Sequence record: PZ445489.1
Source of the DNA: a phage
Length of the DNA stretch: 64,000 nucleotides
Strand: one strand, 5' to 3'
Numbering within the stretch: position 1 is the stretch's first letter; the number at the start of each line of letters is the position of its first letter. The notes below the pieces were generated by a model. It had not been told where the DNA came from and ran no database searches. It worked only from the letters and a program-made list of their open reading frames with translations. This document shows, piece after piece, positions 20,117-30,052 of this stretch. Position numbers and translations under genes: made by a program.

Positions 20117-22447
20117 ATGAGCCATCGCATTGAAAAAGTAATTAAACGTGACGGTACTGTAGAAGACTTTGCTCCTGAAAAACTCAATGGTTGGGCAGAG
20201 TATGGTTGCAAAACAGTTGATGTAAGTTGGTCAGCCATTACTATGGCTGCTCAAAAAACTCTACCTAAAGGGGTTGTAGATTCCGACACTCTGATGGACG
20301 CATTAATTAAAGCTGCTGAAAGTCTTATCAAAGATAATCCAGCATACGATGTGCCAGCAAAGGAATTACGTCTTGCGCAAATGCGTAAACGCCTTTATGA
20401 TTCTTTCGAACCACCCTCTCTACGCTTCTTCCATGACCATATGGTTAGCGTAGGTGCATGGGAAGACATGAGTGCATGGATTACCGATGAGCAATTTGAA
20501 GCTCTGAATCAGGTTATAGACCACGATCGTGACCGTCTTTTTACTAGTGGTGGACTGAAGCAGTTCTTTGATAAGTATTCCCGTCGTAACATAGCCACTG
20601 GTGAAATTTACGAAACCCCGCAGTTTGCCTACATGGGTATGGCAATGGCGATGTTATCTCAACCTAACTGGACAATTCTAGATGCAATCGACCTCTACAA
20701 CGCAATGTCACTCCACAAAATCAACGTTCCTACGCCGCCACTGGTTGGTCTGCGCTCTAGTGACCGTGGATTTGCTAGTTGCTGCCTCGTGGATTCCACT
20801 GACACGTTGGATTCAATCGACACCGCCGAGCACATCGTCTTCAAAATGGTCGCAGCCAGAGCGGGAATCGGGTATCATCTTGAAAGCCGATCAATTGCTG
20901 ATCCGGTGCGAAATGGGGCATTCCCACATTCCGGAAAACTGCCATATTATCGACACATTGACCGCTCAGTAAAGGCCAATACTCAGCAAACTCGTGGTGG
21001 TTCTGCCACAGTGTCTTATCCATACTTCGACCCTGAAATCATTCAATTGATGCAGGTTAAGCAACAACGTGCTACAGATGAGAATAAAATCGATAAGATG
21101 GATTATTCTCTGAGCTTTAACAATCTTTTGTTAAAACGTTATCTTAAAAACGAGGATATTACGCTAATGTCATACTTCTATGCTCCAGAAGTTCATGAAG
21201 CGTTTTATAGTGATGACGAGGCTAAATTTGAAGAAATCTACGTGGCAGCGGAGAAACGTGTGGCATCTCTTACAAAGATCGACCACGAAGGAAAAACAGT
21301 TCCTGCAGCTCCTAAAGTCTCTGCAAAAGAAATCCTAGATACTTGGCTACGTATCCGAATGGAAACAGGACGTATGTATGCTCATCACATCGGGGAATCT
21401 AATCGTCACGGTAACTTCCTTGATCCAATCCGTATGACAAACCTTTGTGTTGAAATTACTCAGCCTACGCGCCCGTTCCATCATATCACAGAACTGTATA
21501 AGACAAAAGAGCAGCTTGATCAAATGAAGCCGGAGGATATTGGTGAAGTATCTCTGTGTAACTTAGGTGGTGTTGTACTGGGGCGCATGGAATCTCTGGC
21601 TGAGTGGGAAAAAACTTGCTACATCCTCCTGAAATTCGTTGATACAATTATTGAAATTCAGGATTATCCGTTCCCAACTATGGAATATACGGCTAAGAAA
21701 CGTCGTAATGTTGGTATTGGCCTAATGAACGCAGCAGGTGCAATGGCAGCAGAAGGTCTGGCTTATGAAGGTATTGAAGCCCGTAACTGGATTCACCGTG
21801 AGGCTGAAAAACTGTCCTACTTCCTGCATAAAGCCTCTGTACGCCTAGCTAAAGAACAGGGTGCATGTGAGTGGTTTGATCGTACTAAACCATCTAAAGG
21901 AATTCTGGTAATCGACACGTACAAGAAAACTGTTGATGAACTGGTATCCGTAGGTCTAGAAATGGATTGGGAGTCTCTGCGTGCAGATATTCTGAAATAC
22001 GGTATGCGTAACTCTGTTCTGACTGCTCAGATGCCAGGAGAAAGTTCTTCTGTTCTGTTAGGTGTTACTAATTCTATTGAACCGCCTCGTAAGATTGTAT
22101 CTATCAAGGGTAGTGCAGTGAATAAAGTAATTGCAATTGCTCCGGGTGCAACCGATTGGGAAACGTTAATGAGCTATAAACTGGCTTATGATGTAGATCG
22201 TATCGAGTGGATCAAATGGGTAGCAACTATGCAGAAATTCTTCAGTCAGTCTATCAGTACGAATATGTACTATGACTACACCAAGTTTGAGAATGAAATC
22301 ATTCCTGGTCCAGTAGTAGTTCGTGATTTCATGACTGCTGTTAAGTATGGGTGGAAGACTTTCTACTACGCAAACTTCAACACCGCTAATGGTGGTGGTG
22401 CAGGGGAAGAATCCGCAGGCTGCGCTTCTGGTGGTTGTACCATCTAA
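20117..22447 (+). CDS. nrdA: ribonucleotide reductase large subunit (class Ia)
   Basis: ATP-cone VIKRDGTVEDFAPEKL at N-terminus, active-site NLCVEI, C-terminal Cys pair; ATG 20117 with RBS AAAGGAAAG. Confidence 0.9.
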   Translation: MSHRIEKVIKRDGTVEDFAPEKLNGWAEYGCKTVDVSWSAITMAAQKTLPKGVVDSDTLMDALIKAAESLIKDNPAYDVPAKELRLAQMRKRLYDSFEPPSLRFFHDHMVSVGAWEDMSAWITDEQFEALNQVIDHDRDRLFTSGGLKQFFDKYSRRNIATGEIYETPQFAYMGMAMAMLSQPNWTILDAIDLYNAMSLHKINVPTPPLVGLRSSDRGFASCCLVDSTDTLDSIDTAEHIVFKMVAARAGIGYHLESRSIADPVRNGAFPHSGKLPYYRHIDRSVKANTQQTRGGSATVSYPYFDPEIIQLMQVKQQRATDENKIDKMDYSLSFNNLLLKRYLKNEDITLMSYFYAPEVHEAFYSDDEAKFEEIYVAAEKRVASLTKIDHEGKTVPAAPKVSAKEILDTWLRIRMETGRMYAHHIGESNRHGNFLDPIRMTNLCVEITQPTRPFHHITELYKTKEQLDQMKPEDIGEVSLCNLGGVVLGRMESLAEWEKTCYILLKFVDTIIEIQDYPFPTMEYTAKKRRNVGIGLMNAAGAMAAEGLAYEGIEARNWIHREAEKLSYFLHKASVRLAKEQGACEWFDRTKPSKGILVIDTYKKTVDELVSVGLEMDWESLRADILKYGMRNSVLTAQMPGESSSVLLGVTNSIEPPRKIVSIKGSAVNKVIAIAPGATDWETLMSYKLAYDVDRIEWIKWVATMQKFFSQSISTNMYYDYTKFENEIIPGPVVVRDFMTAVKYGWKTFYYANFNTANGGGAGEESAGCASGGCTI

Positions 22448-22506
22448 TATTAACAAGGGGACATACGTCCCCTTTATTAGACCTTCTATGGCTGTAATTT
22501 TAAATT

Positions 22507-22989
22507 ATGGAAGAAAAATACAAAGAAATAGTGGGGTTATTTGATTATAATCCAGAAACAGGGATATTTACCCATAAAGCTAGAGAAGATAAATCCTTCA
22601 ATACTAGATTTGCTGGCAAAGAAGCTGGTTCTCTAGAAAAATGCTCTGGATATATTGTAATGCAAGTAAAAGGCACTAAGTATTACGCGCATATCCTAGC
22701 ATTCCTTATCGTTAATGGGTATATTCCAAAGGAAGTAGATCACGATAATAGAATACGGCACGATAACCGAGCTATTAATTTAAAGGCCTCTGACAGACAC
22801 AGTAATGGTAAAAATGTCGGGGCGCACAAAGATAATAAATTAGGTATTAAAAATATTCACCAAAAAGCGAGTGGATCTTACCAGGTACAGATAGCCCGTA
22901 AAGGTGTAAAATATACTAAAACATTCAAAGAACTTGAGGATGCTATAGAGTGGCGCGATATGAAACTATTGGAGCTTGATAGTTTATAA
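22507..22989 (+). CDS. HNH homing endonuclease
   Basis: VDHDNRIRHDNRAINL HNH motif; sits between nrdA and nrdB. Confidence 0.65.
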   Translation: MEEKYKEIVGLFDYNPETGIFTHKAREDKSFNTRFAGKEAGSLEKCSGYIVMQVKGTKYYAHILAFLIVNGYIPKEVDHDNRIRHDNRAINLKASDRHSNGKNVGAHKDNKLGIKNIHQKASGSYQVQIARKGVKYTKTFKELEDAIEWRDMKLLELDSL

Positions 22990-22995
22990 TTTTAC

Positions 22996-23024
22996 TTGCT
23001 AATCGCTACCAGATTTGCTATAAT
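22996..23024 (+). promoter_or_regulatory. early-type promoter upstream of nrdB
   Basis: TTGCTA-17-TATAAT. Confidence 0.55.
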
Positions 23025-23055
23025 ATTCCTGAAATAGTGAGAAAGAGGAAAATCA

Positions 23056-24201
23056 ATGACTACTTTACTAAACCTGAATTGGGATCATACTAATGCTGAC
23101 CTTTTCCTGGGAGATTCTCTCGGTATCGCAGATTATGTACGTGTAGCACATCCAGAACTAGAACGTCTGGCACTTCTGCAACGCTCTCAATTTTGGACTG
23201 AAACTGAGATCAGTCTGGAAGCAGATAAGAAACAATGGCCTAACCTCCCACGGGAAATTCAGGAAATTACACTCCTGAACTTAGCATGGCAGACTCAAAC
23301 AGACTCCTTTATCAGTCGTGCTCCTGAAGCAGCTATTATGCCACTTGTAAGTCGTCCAGAATTGGAAGGTATGCTCAAACAGTGGAGCTATTTTGAAGAC
23401 CTGCATAGTCGTGCTTATAGCAATATTATTCGTAATGTGCTGACTGACCCAGCAGAATTTATTGATTCTGTAACCAAAAACCAAGAAGCATTCGCACGCA
23501 TCGCTGATTCTGTTGAACTATTCGATGAACTGTACCTGTTAGGTCAGTATTTCATTGCAGTACGCGATCATCGTGGCGACAATACATACCCAGAAACTGA
23601 GTTCCCTGAAGTTAAACGTGAAACTCAGGCTAAACTATTAGACGCTTACTTTGCGATCTACGGTCTGGAAGCAATGCAGTTTTACGCATCCTTTGCATGT
23701 ACCTTTGCATTAGCAGAGAATGATATTCTGCAAGGTATTGCTAAAAATCTGCAATTAATCGCTAAAGATGAAGCTCTGCATACTCAGATGTCCAAAGCAA
23801 TCATCCAGATTATGTTTCAGCAATTTGACAAAGATCTGGTAGATGAAGCAGTGGCTAAAGCACCAGCACAGCTCCTGAAAACTCTGAAAACTGAAATTGA
23901 ATGGGGTCATTTCATTTTCAAAGGTCGTAGTCTGATTGGCTTGAACGCAGAACTTCTAGAAGAATATCTGTACTTTGTGGGGCGTAATGCATTTATGCAC
24001 ATTGGTGTAGAATGGCCTAGTCACTTACCAGTAATCACCAAAAACCCTATTCCGTGGATCATGAACTGGTTGGATACTACTTCTCTACAGCCTGCTCCAC
24101 AAGAAATTCAGATTGGTGCAGCTTACCGTGTAGGTCAGGTAACTGAGACATCTACTGATACTCTGAAAGATCTGGGTAATGAATTTGGAGATTTCTTATG
24201 A
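23056..24201 (+). CDS. nrdB: ribonucleotide reductase small subunit
   Basis: Size, adjacency to nrdA, ferritin-like helical pattern with E..H pairs. Confidence 0.8.
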   Translation: MTTLLNLNWDHTNADLFLGDSLGIADYVRVAHPELERLALLQRSQFWTETEISLEADKKQWPNLPREIQEITLLNLAWQTQTDSFISRAPEAAIMPLVSRPELEGMLKQWSYFEDLHSRAYSNIIRNVLTDPAEFIDSVTKNQEAFARIADSVELFDELYLLGQYFIAVRDHRGDNTYPETEFPEVKRETQAKLLDAYFAIYGLEAMQFYASFACTFALAENDILQGIAKNLQLIAKDEALHTQMSKAIIQIMFQQFDKDLVDEAVAKAPAQLLKTLKTEIEWGHFIFKGRSLIGLNAELLEEYLYFVGRNAFMHIGVEWPSHLPVITKNPIPWIMNWLDTTSLQPAPQEIQIGAAYRVGQVTETSTDTLKDLGNEFGDFL

Positions 24202-24731
24202 TTACAGCAATGTATGCAGTTGGGCCGAATGGGGAGTTCGGCCTCCGCGGTAAACTTCCATGGGGTTCCTTCAAAGAAGAACTAGATGCTTTCTATTCTC
24301 AACTGGACGTGTTGAATCCAGATAACATCATCATTGGTGCGGGTACTTATTTAGCTCTTCCATACGCCGTTAGAGAACGTATGATTGGAGCTTCTGACCT
24401 ATTTATTCGTGCTGATCGTCCACTGCCAGACGATATTACACATGATATTTACACTCCAATTTCTAAGATTGGGGATGCTTTACCTACATTTCTGAAAGAT
24501 CAGCAGACAGTAGTTCTAGGTGGGGCTAACCTTCTTCTAGAAATGTATATTCATGGACATATTGAAAGTGCTTTTGTATCCACAATCTTTAGTGATCAAA
24601 AACTAGAGGCAGATGTACATCTGGATAATACGATTCTAGATTACAACTACGAATCTACTCGTTTAGTTTACGCAACTGGCGCAAACAGTGATAACAGCCT
24701 GCGATTTGTACAGGAATTGGTTACTTATTAA
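24198..24731 (+). CDS. frd: dihydrofolate reductase
   Basis: N-terminal AVGPNGEFG..GKLPW resembles DHFR motif; located upstream of thyA. Confidence 0.6.
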   Translation: MITAMYAVGPNGEFGLRGKLPWGSFKEELDAFYSQLDVLNPDNIIIGAGTYLALPYAVRERMIGASDLFIRADRPLPDDITHDIYTPISKIGDALPTFLKDQQTVVLGGANLLLEMYIHGHIESAFVSTIFSDQKLEADVHLDNTILDYNYESTRLVYATGANSDNSLRFVQELVTY

Positions 24732-25570
24732 TGCAACAATACTTAAAAATTTTGACAGATGTAACTTTACTAGGTGAACCCCGTAATGACCGTACAGGAA
24801 CGGGCACAGTTTCAATTTTTGATTCCTATGCTAAGTTCGACCTACGTGAGGGATTCCCGGCTGTAACTACTAAACGCCTGGCCTGGAAATCAGTAGTAGG
24901 AGAACTCTTATGGTTCTTGTCTGGTTCCACAAATCTCCATGATCTACGTGTATTCACATTTGGTCGTGACGAAGGACAGTGGACCATCTGGACTCCAAAT
25001 TATGAAGACCAAGCTATAAGTATGGGGTATGATAAGGGTAATCTAGGACCAGTATATGGTAAACAGTGGCGCAACTTTGGTGGGCGAGATCAGATTCTAG
25101 AACTTATTGAAGGACTCAAGAATAATCCTCATGGCCGCAGACATCTAGTTTCTGCATGGAACGTAGCTGAACTTGATAAAATGGCATTACCACCCTGTCA
25201 CTACGGCTTCCAGTGCTATGTAAGCAACGATGGATACCTAGATCTTAAATGGACACAACGTTCTGTAGACTGTTTTCTAGGCCTACCTTTCAATATTGCT
25301 AGTTATGCTTTATTAACACATATCCTGGCAAAACTGACCGGGTTAAAACCTCGCTACCTTATCTTTAGTGGCGGTGATACTCATATCTATAATGACCATA
25401 TGGAACAGGTAGAAGAACAGGTAAAACGTAAACCTCGTTCTTTACCAACTCTAGTAATGCCAGAATTTGTAGATCTCTACGATTTACTGGAGAATAATAC
25501 TGCAGCTTGGTCATTCCATTTAGAGGGGTACGATCCTCACCCAGCTCTTAAAGCTAAGATGTCTTCTTAA
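24731..25570 (+). CDS. thyA: thymidylate synthase
   Basis: Active site PCHYGFQCYV, DRTGTGT, folate-binding region. Confidence 0.85.
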   Translation: MQQYLKILTDVTLLGEPRNDRTGTGTVSIFDSYAKFDLREGFPAVTTKRLAWKSVVGELLWFLSGSTNLHDLRVFTFGRDEGQWTIWTPNYEDQAISMGYDKGNLGPVYGKQWRNFGGRDQILELIEGLKNNPHGRRHLVSAWNVAELDKMALPPCHYGFQCYVSNDGYLDLKWTQRSVDCFLGLPFNIASYALLTHILAKLTGLKPRYLIFSGGDTHIYNDHMEQVEEQVKRKPRSLPTLVMPEFVDLYDLLENNTAAWSFHLEGYDPHPALKAKMSS

Positions 25571-25611
25571 CTCAAATAGCCCTTTCGGGGGCTATTATAT
25601 TTAAATTTCAT

Positions 25612-25640
25612 TTGCTTATTTAGTGAAATTTAAATATAAT
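25612..25640 (+). promoter_or_regulatory. early-type promoter
   Basis: AAATTTCATTTGCTT..17..TATAAT + ATATTTTATAAATTGGAGG. Confidence 0.55.
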
Positions 25641-25665
25641 ATATTTTATAAATTGGAGGTATACA

Positions 25666-25947
25666 ATGATTTCAGCCAAAGAAGCCCAAGAACTTGCAGG
25701 ATTAACAGAAGTACCCGCATTTCTAAAGTTTATAGAAGAAAAGATTGTAGAAGCTGCTAAGTCTGGAAATACAGAAGTAATTATTCGAGATAATCCTTAC
25801 GCTAGGTGGCTATATAATCCTAGAGAAATGCCAGGAGCAGCTAAATCGGTACTAAAAACCTTATCGGATAAGGGGTATCATCTCTCACAATACTACCGAG
25901 AAGCCGCCTTTGTAGACATGGGTCTTAAAATTAGTTGGGAGGTATAA
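25666..25947 (+). CDS. hypothetical protein (93 aa)
   Basis: ORF with promoter and RBS. Confidence 0.5.
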   Translation: MISAKEAQELAGLTEVPAFLKFIEEKIVEAAKSGNTEVIIRDNPYARWLYNPREMPGAAKSVLKTLSDKGYHLSQYYREAAFVDMGLKISWEV

Positions 25948-26423
25948 TGTCGGTTTTCCACATTTATACAGATGGTGCTTGTAAGTCTAACCCAGGTCCA
26001 GGTGCCTGGGGTTTTATTGTCTATGATGATAACGACGATCGTTTAGGTTCTAAATCTGGTTATAATCCTAAAACTACAAATAATGAGATGGAACTCACAG
26101 CTATCGTAGAAGCCCTACGTTGGTCTGTTAAAAAAGATAATAGACCAATTGCTATCTATACTGACTCTGCTTATTGCAAAAATGGTATGGAAAGTTGGAT
26201 GTTTTCTTGGCAAAGGAAAGGCTGGAAGAAAGCAGATGGTGAAGTTCCTCTTAATCTAGAACTTTGGCAGGAAGCATTTAAATTAACACAGCAGTATATC
26301 AACTTTCATAATACTAATCCTACCTTTATTAAGGTTAAAGGACATTCTGGTATTAGTGGTAATGAAGCTGTAGATGCATTGTGTAACACAGTTATTACTG
26401 AGCAAGAACTTGCCGAGATGTGA
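25935..26423 (+). CDS. rnh: ribonuclease H
   Basis: IYTDGACKSNPGPGAWGF classic RNase HI N-terminal motif. Confidence 0.8.
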   Translation: MGGIMSVFHIYTDGACKSNPGPGAWGFIVYDDNDDRLGSKSGYNPKTTNNEMELTAIVEALRWSVKKDNRPIAIYTDSAYCKNGMESWMFSWQRKGWKKADGEVPLNLELWQEAFKLTQQYINFHNTNPTFIKVKGHSGISGNEAVDALCNTVITEQELAEM

Positions 26424-26499
26424 TAAATAAATTAAAAATCTTCTTGCTTAAAGCCCTCTAATTTAGTATAATATTCGTATTGAAAGTGAGGAGGGCTTT

Positions 26500-26778
26500 A
26501 TGCGAATTTATAACTCAAATTCATTAGGATTTAAACCGTTGAGAAAACGTGCACAATCACCTCGTCAAATAAGAAAGGCTAATATTGGTGAGCCAGAGAC
26601 ACGTCTTCCGCCTCCTCCAGAACAACGTTTAGTTTATCTGGACGAAGAGTTAGCTGAACGCGAAAGAAAAGCTCAAGAAGAGATTGAGCGTAAGAAAATG
26701 TGTACTGCTCCAGCGTATAATAAAGGAGCGTATCAATATGTTTCCGACGCAGAACAAGCTAAGATGGTTGGTAGATAA
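26500..26778 (+). CDS. hypothetical protein (92 aa)
   Basis: ORF with RBS. Confidence 0.5.
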   Translation: MRIYNSNSLGFKPLRKRAQSPRQIRKANIGEPETRLPPPPEQRLVYLDEELAERERKAQEEIERKKMCTAPAYNKGAYQYVSDAEQAKMVGR

Positions 26779-26794
26779 TTTTTAAAAAATTCAT

Positions 26795-26823
26795 TTGCTA
26801 AACGCTTCAAATTCTTGTATAAT
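26795..26823 (+). promoter_or_regulatory. early-type promoter
   Basis: TTGCTA-17-TATAAT. Confidence 0.55.
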
Positions 26824-26861
26824 ATACTTCATAAATTGATAAACAAAAAGGAAAACAAATA

Positions 26862-27377
26862 ATGGCTAAGCAGAAAAACGCAAAAACTCAAGCAGCTACT
26901 ACAGTTAAAACTTTCCCGCAGACTGAGGCTAACCGCAAAGCTCGTCTGGAACGCCACCTGCGCAAGCACCCTACTGATGCTCAAGCTGCACAGGCACTGA
27001 ATCGTCCGGCTCCGATTCGTCAAAAGCCGAAGGCTAAGAACGCTACTCGTTCTGTAGCCCGCCTTGTGACCTATGTACAAGGTTATGGTCACAAATCTGT
27101 TCCAGTAACACTGAGTTTCAATGCTGGTGCAGAATTGTTCCCTCGTAATGGCATGGCCATGAAAGATTACGAGAAAGCAGTTAACCAGAAACGCAAACCA
27201 ACGGCAGATGTACTGCGTGATGCTCGTGGACAGTTTGGTTCTGTTAAGCCAAATATCTTCGGTGTAGAGTATAGCAAAGATAACGTTCGTGCTCTGTGTT
27301 ACGGTGTAGGCATTAAGTTCACGGGTGATTCTGCTCGTAAATCTGCTAAACCAGCTCGCAAGCGTAAAGCGAAGTAA
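26862..27377 (+). CDS. hypothetical basic protein (171 aa)
   Basis: ORF with promoter, Lys/Arg-rich. Confidence 0.5.
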   Translation: MAKQKNAKTQAATTVKTFPQTEANRKARLERHLRKHPTDAQAAQALNRPAPIRQKPKAKNATRSVARLVTYVQGYGHKSVPVTLSFNAGAELFPRNGMAMKDYEKAVNQKRKPTADVLRDARGQFGSVKPNIFGVEYSKDNVRALCYGVGIKFTGDSARKSAKPARKRKAK

Positions 27378-27384
27378 TAGATAA

Positions 27385-27404
27385 GTAGGGGCGAAAGCCC
27401 CTAC
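27385..27404 (+). terminator. GNRA-loop hairpin GTAGGGGC-GAAA-GCCCCTAC (terminator or processing site)
   Basis: 8-bp GC stem with GAAA tetraloop immediately after stop codon. Confidence 0.45.
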
Positions 27405-27441
27405 AATCTACTAATTCTCTAACTAATCAAGGATATTTTTT

Positions 27442-27657
27442 ATGTTCTCTAAGAAACCACGTTCTGTTACTGAAATCGTTGCTTCCTTTACCACTATCAC
27501 TGATGAGCTTCAAGCTCGTATTGAGGCTGATCAAAAAATCGCAGCTGATATTCAGAAACAGCAGGAAGAACTCGCTTTAAAGTTGGCTGAAACTAACAAG
27601 AGTGAAAAGTCTGCCCAAACTATTATGGAAAATATCCTTAAACTGCTGGGCAAGTGA
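27442..27657 (+). CDS. hypothetical protein (71 aa)
   Basis: ORF. Confidence 0.45.
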   Translation: MFSKKPRSVTEIVASFTTITDELQARIEADQKIAADIQKQQEELALKLAETNKSEKSAQTIMENILKLLGK

Positions 27658-27665
27658 TTTAAATC

Positions 27666-27684
27666 AGGGGGCGAAAGCCCCTCT
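27666..27684 (+). terminator. GNRA-loop hairpin GGGGGC-GAAA-GCCCCT (near-copy of 27385 hairpin)
   Basis: Same stem-loop sequence class as at 27385. Confidence 0.45.
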
Positions 27685-27698
27685 TATTTGGAGAAACT

Positions 27699-27935
27699 AT
27701 GCGTAATTTTGTAGCAAAGAATGATTTTAACCGTGCTAGCACCCATAAGTCCACTAGAGATTATACACGACTTTCTAGTCATGAGGTAATGGATACCTGT
27801 TATGAAGAGCTGGAAGGTAGCTGGAATGAATGGCCTGACTTTTCTATGGAAGAGAACTGGGATGTCAGTGAGGATATGCTTCCTGGTTTTAAAGACCCCA
27901 AGAAGTGGGAGTCTATTAAAGAGACAGCTCTTTAA
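27699..27935 (+). CDS. hypothetical protein (78 aa)
   Basis: ORF. Confidence 0.45.
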   Translation: MRNFVAKNDFNRASTHKSTRDYTRLSSHEVMDTCYEELEGSWNEWPDFSMEENWDVSEDMLPGFKDPKKWESIKETAL

Positions 27936-27963
27936 TAGTTTTCTACACAATAAAGGATAAGTT

Positions 27964-28665
27964 ATGAAAGTAAAACCATTTGGTATGCTAGATATTGAAT
28001 CTCTAGGAACTCCGGGAGATTGTGGTACTACTCATATTGTAATGCCTTCTTTCGCTTTTGTGGCTATGCATGGGATTGATAAAGACCCTGATCTAGTGTT
28101 TGTTACTTTAGATGTACAAGATCAGCTTAATTCTGGAGCTAAAGTTACGGCATCTACTCTAGCATTCTGGATGGATCAAGCTAAACATAGCCCGTCTGCT
28201 ATCCACATTATGGAAGCTATGAAGGAACGTAATCCAAAACTGATTGCCTTCCAAAATGGTAAACATCATTGCACTAATAAACTCGGCTCTAACTATGCTG
28301 CCTTCTCTATGGCTAAAAACATTATGGAATTGGCTCTAGGCGACAATGCTTTGTACTATGGCAATGGCCCAGAGTTTGATATGACTATCTACTCTGCAAA
28401 TACGTTCCATGCTGGAACCAATGAAGAGGTAGTTCCGTGGAAATTCTGGAATTTGGGCAATGTTCGATCTCTTCGTAATCTCTGGATGCAAGCTGGATAC
28501 AGTTATAAGGCTCTAGAGACCGAAGGTATTAGCTGGGCAATAGCTAAAATGGAGAAGATGGACACTATTCGTTATGGGATCTATCCGGTTAAGCATGATC
28601 CTGCATTTGATGCCTTAGTTGAAAGCTATTGTGTTGCAGCTATGATCGAAAAAATGAAAATTTGA
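27964..28665 (+). CDS. putative DEDD-type 3'-5' exonuclease
   Basis: N-terminal FGMLDIESLG (exo motif I D.E), C-terminal H..AFDA (motif III-like). Confidence 0.45.
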   Translation: MKVKPFGMLDIESLGTPGDCGTTHIVMPSFAFVAMHGIDKDPDLVFVTLDVQDQLNSGAKVTASTLAFWMDQAKHSPSAIHIMEAMKERNPKLIAFQNGKHHCTNKLGSNYAAFSMAKNIMELALGDNALYYGNGPEFDMTIYSANTFHAGTNEEVVPWKFWNLGNVRSLRNLWMQAGYSYKALETEGISWAIAKMEKMDTIRYGIYPVKHDPAFDALVESYCVAAMIEKMKI

Positions 28666-28666
28666 T

Positions 28667-28695
28667 TTGCTTCCGGCCCCAAAATTCTGTATAAT
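28667..28695 (+). promoter_or_regulatory. early-type promoter
   Basis: TTGCTT-17-TATAAT. Confidence 0.55.
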
Positions 28696-28735
28696 ATATT
28701 CATAAATTTGAGAAAACAATAAAAGGAAAACAAAT

Positions 28736-28918
28736 ATGCCAGTATCTAAAAATGTTCGTAAAAATGGTAAGAAAGCTACTCGTAATCTGGGTATCCGTCG
28801 TATGGCTGAACGTCAATCAGGTATCCAGAAAATCTTTGATCTGCTAAATCGTGCTAATCCTAAAATTGATAACAGTAACGATACTGTTCTGCGCACTCTG
28901 CTGGCAATTGGTCTGTAA
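28736..28918 (+). CDS. hypothetical protein (60 aa)
   Basis: ORF with promoter + RBS. Confidence 0.45.
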   Translation: MPVSKNVRKNGKKATRNLGIRRMAERQSGIQKIFDLLNRANPKIDNSNDTVLRTLLAIGL

Positions 28919-28971
28919 TAGACCAAATTTAAACAAATTCAAATCTCAAACTTCATATAAGGAAGCAAATA

Positions 28972-29610
28972 ATGACTACTCGTATCTCTAAAACTCGCGC
29001 TCTGGCAACTATCAAATCTCTGGAAGCTAAAATCCGTAAAGCTACTGAACAACAGCTTCTGATCGCTGTTGGTGAAGGTAAGGATAAAAATAAGGTTGTA
29101 GTTGGCGCTGCAATCGAAGTAGACGATCTATCTGCTCGTATTAAGGCAGATTTCCAGTCTCTGCTGGATATGATGTCCCAGCGTGATCGTATCAAAGCTG
29201 CTCTGATTAAGAGCAATGCGGAAACAATCGTTGAGATTGGCTCTCGTAAGATGACTGTTGCGGAAGCAATTGAAGCTAAGCGTTCTATGGAACTTAAAGC
29301 TCAACTGCTGGCTAACATGCGTAAGCAGTTCCATGCTGCTACGGTTAAGTTTAACACGCAGAAAGTACAGTTTGATGCTAAATATGAGCGTTTGCAGGAT
29401 AGCATGGCTACCCGCGATAAGAAAACTTCCGAAGATGAAGTTAAAATGCAGCTCAACCTGCTGGAACTCAAGAATACTCCATTCTTGATTGATCCGCTGG
29501 AACTGGAGAAGCTGATTAAGCAGCATGACGAGGAATATCAGGACTTTGCAACAAATGTTGACTTTGTTCTGTCCGAGTCTAACGCCTCTACCTTCATTGA
29601 AGTAGAGTAA
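28972..29610 (+). CDS. hypothetical protein (212 aa)
   Basis: ORF with RBS AAGGAAG. Confidence 0.5.
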   Translation: MTTRISKTRALATIKSLEAKIRKATEQQLLIAVGEGKDKNKVVVGAAIEVDDLSARIKADFQSLLDMMSQRDRIKAALIKSNAETIVEIGSRKMTVAEAIEAKRSMELKAQLLANMRKQFHAATVKFNTQKVQFDAKYERLQDSMATRDKKTSEDEVKMQLNLLELKNTPFLIDPLELEKLIKQHDEEYQDFATNVDFVLSESNASTFIEVE

Positions 29611-29993
29611 TAATTTAAAAGCTAGTAAATCGGTAGACGAAAGCCCAAGCATCTTACCTCGCAGCAGCGGTTGAAATACGAGGTTAAATAAGACCGCTGA
29701 CCATACTATAAGGTATAATCTATTGGAGATTATGTTTATTACATCAGACATTTAATCTGACACGTAAAAACAAAGCGTCGTTGATATTACCGACACAACT
29801 TCAAAGATCAACATTTAAGTATGAAAGCTGAAAAGTTTAAAGAACTCAAACTTCTAAACTTCTAAAGCTAAAAGATGCAAAGTATTCGTTGATGATTCAA
29901 ACCCTAGATCAAAGGTACATGGCTCATAAGATATGGCCTGTGGCGCCTCTAGGCTGTTTATCGGTTTACTAGTTTCACAATTTAAAAATGTAT

Positions 29994-30022
29994 TTGCTAA
30001 TTTACTAAATTATATGTATAAT
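29994..30022 (+). promoter_or_regulatory. early-type promoter
   Basis: TTGCTA-17-TATAAT. Confidence 0.55.
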
Positions 30023-30052
30023 ATATTTTTAAATTGATGAAACGAGGCTATT

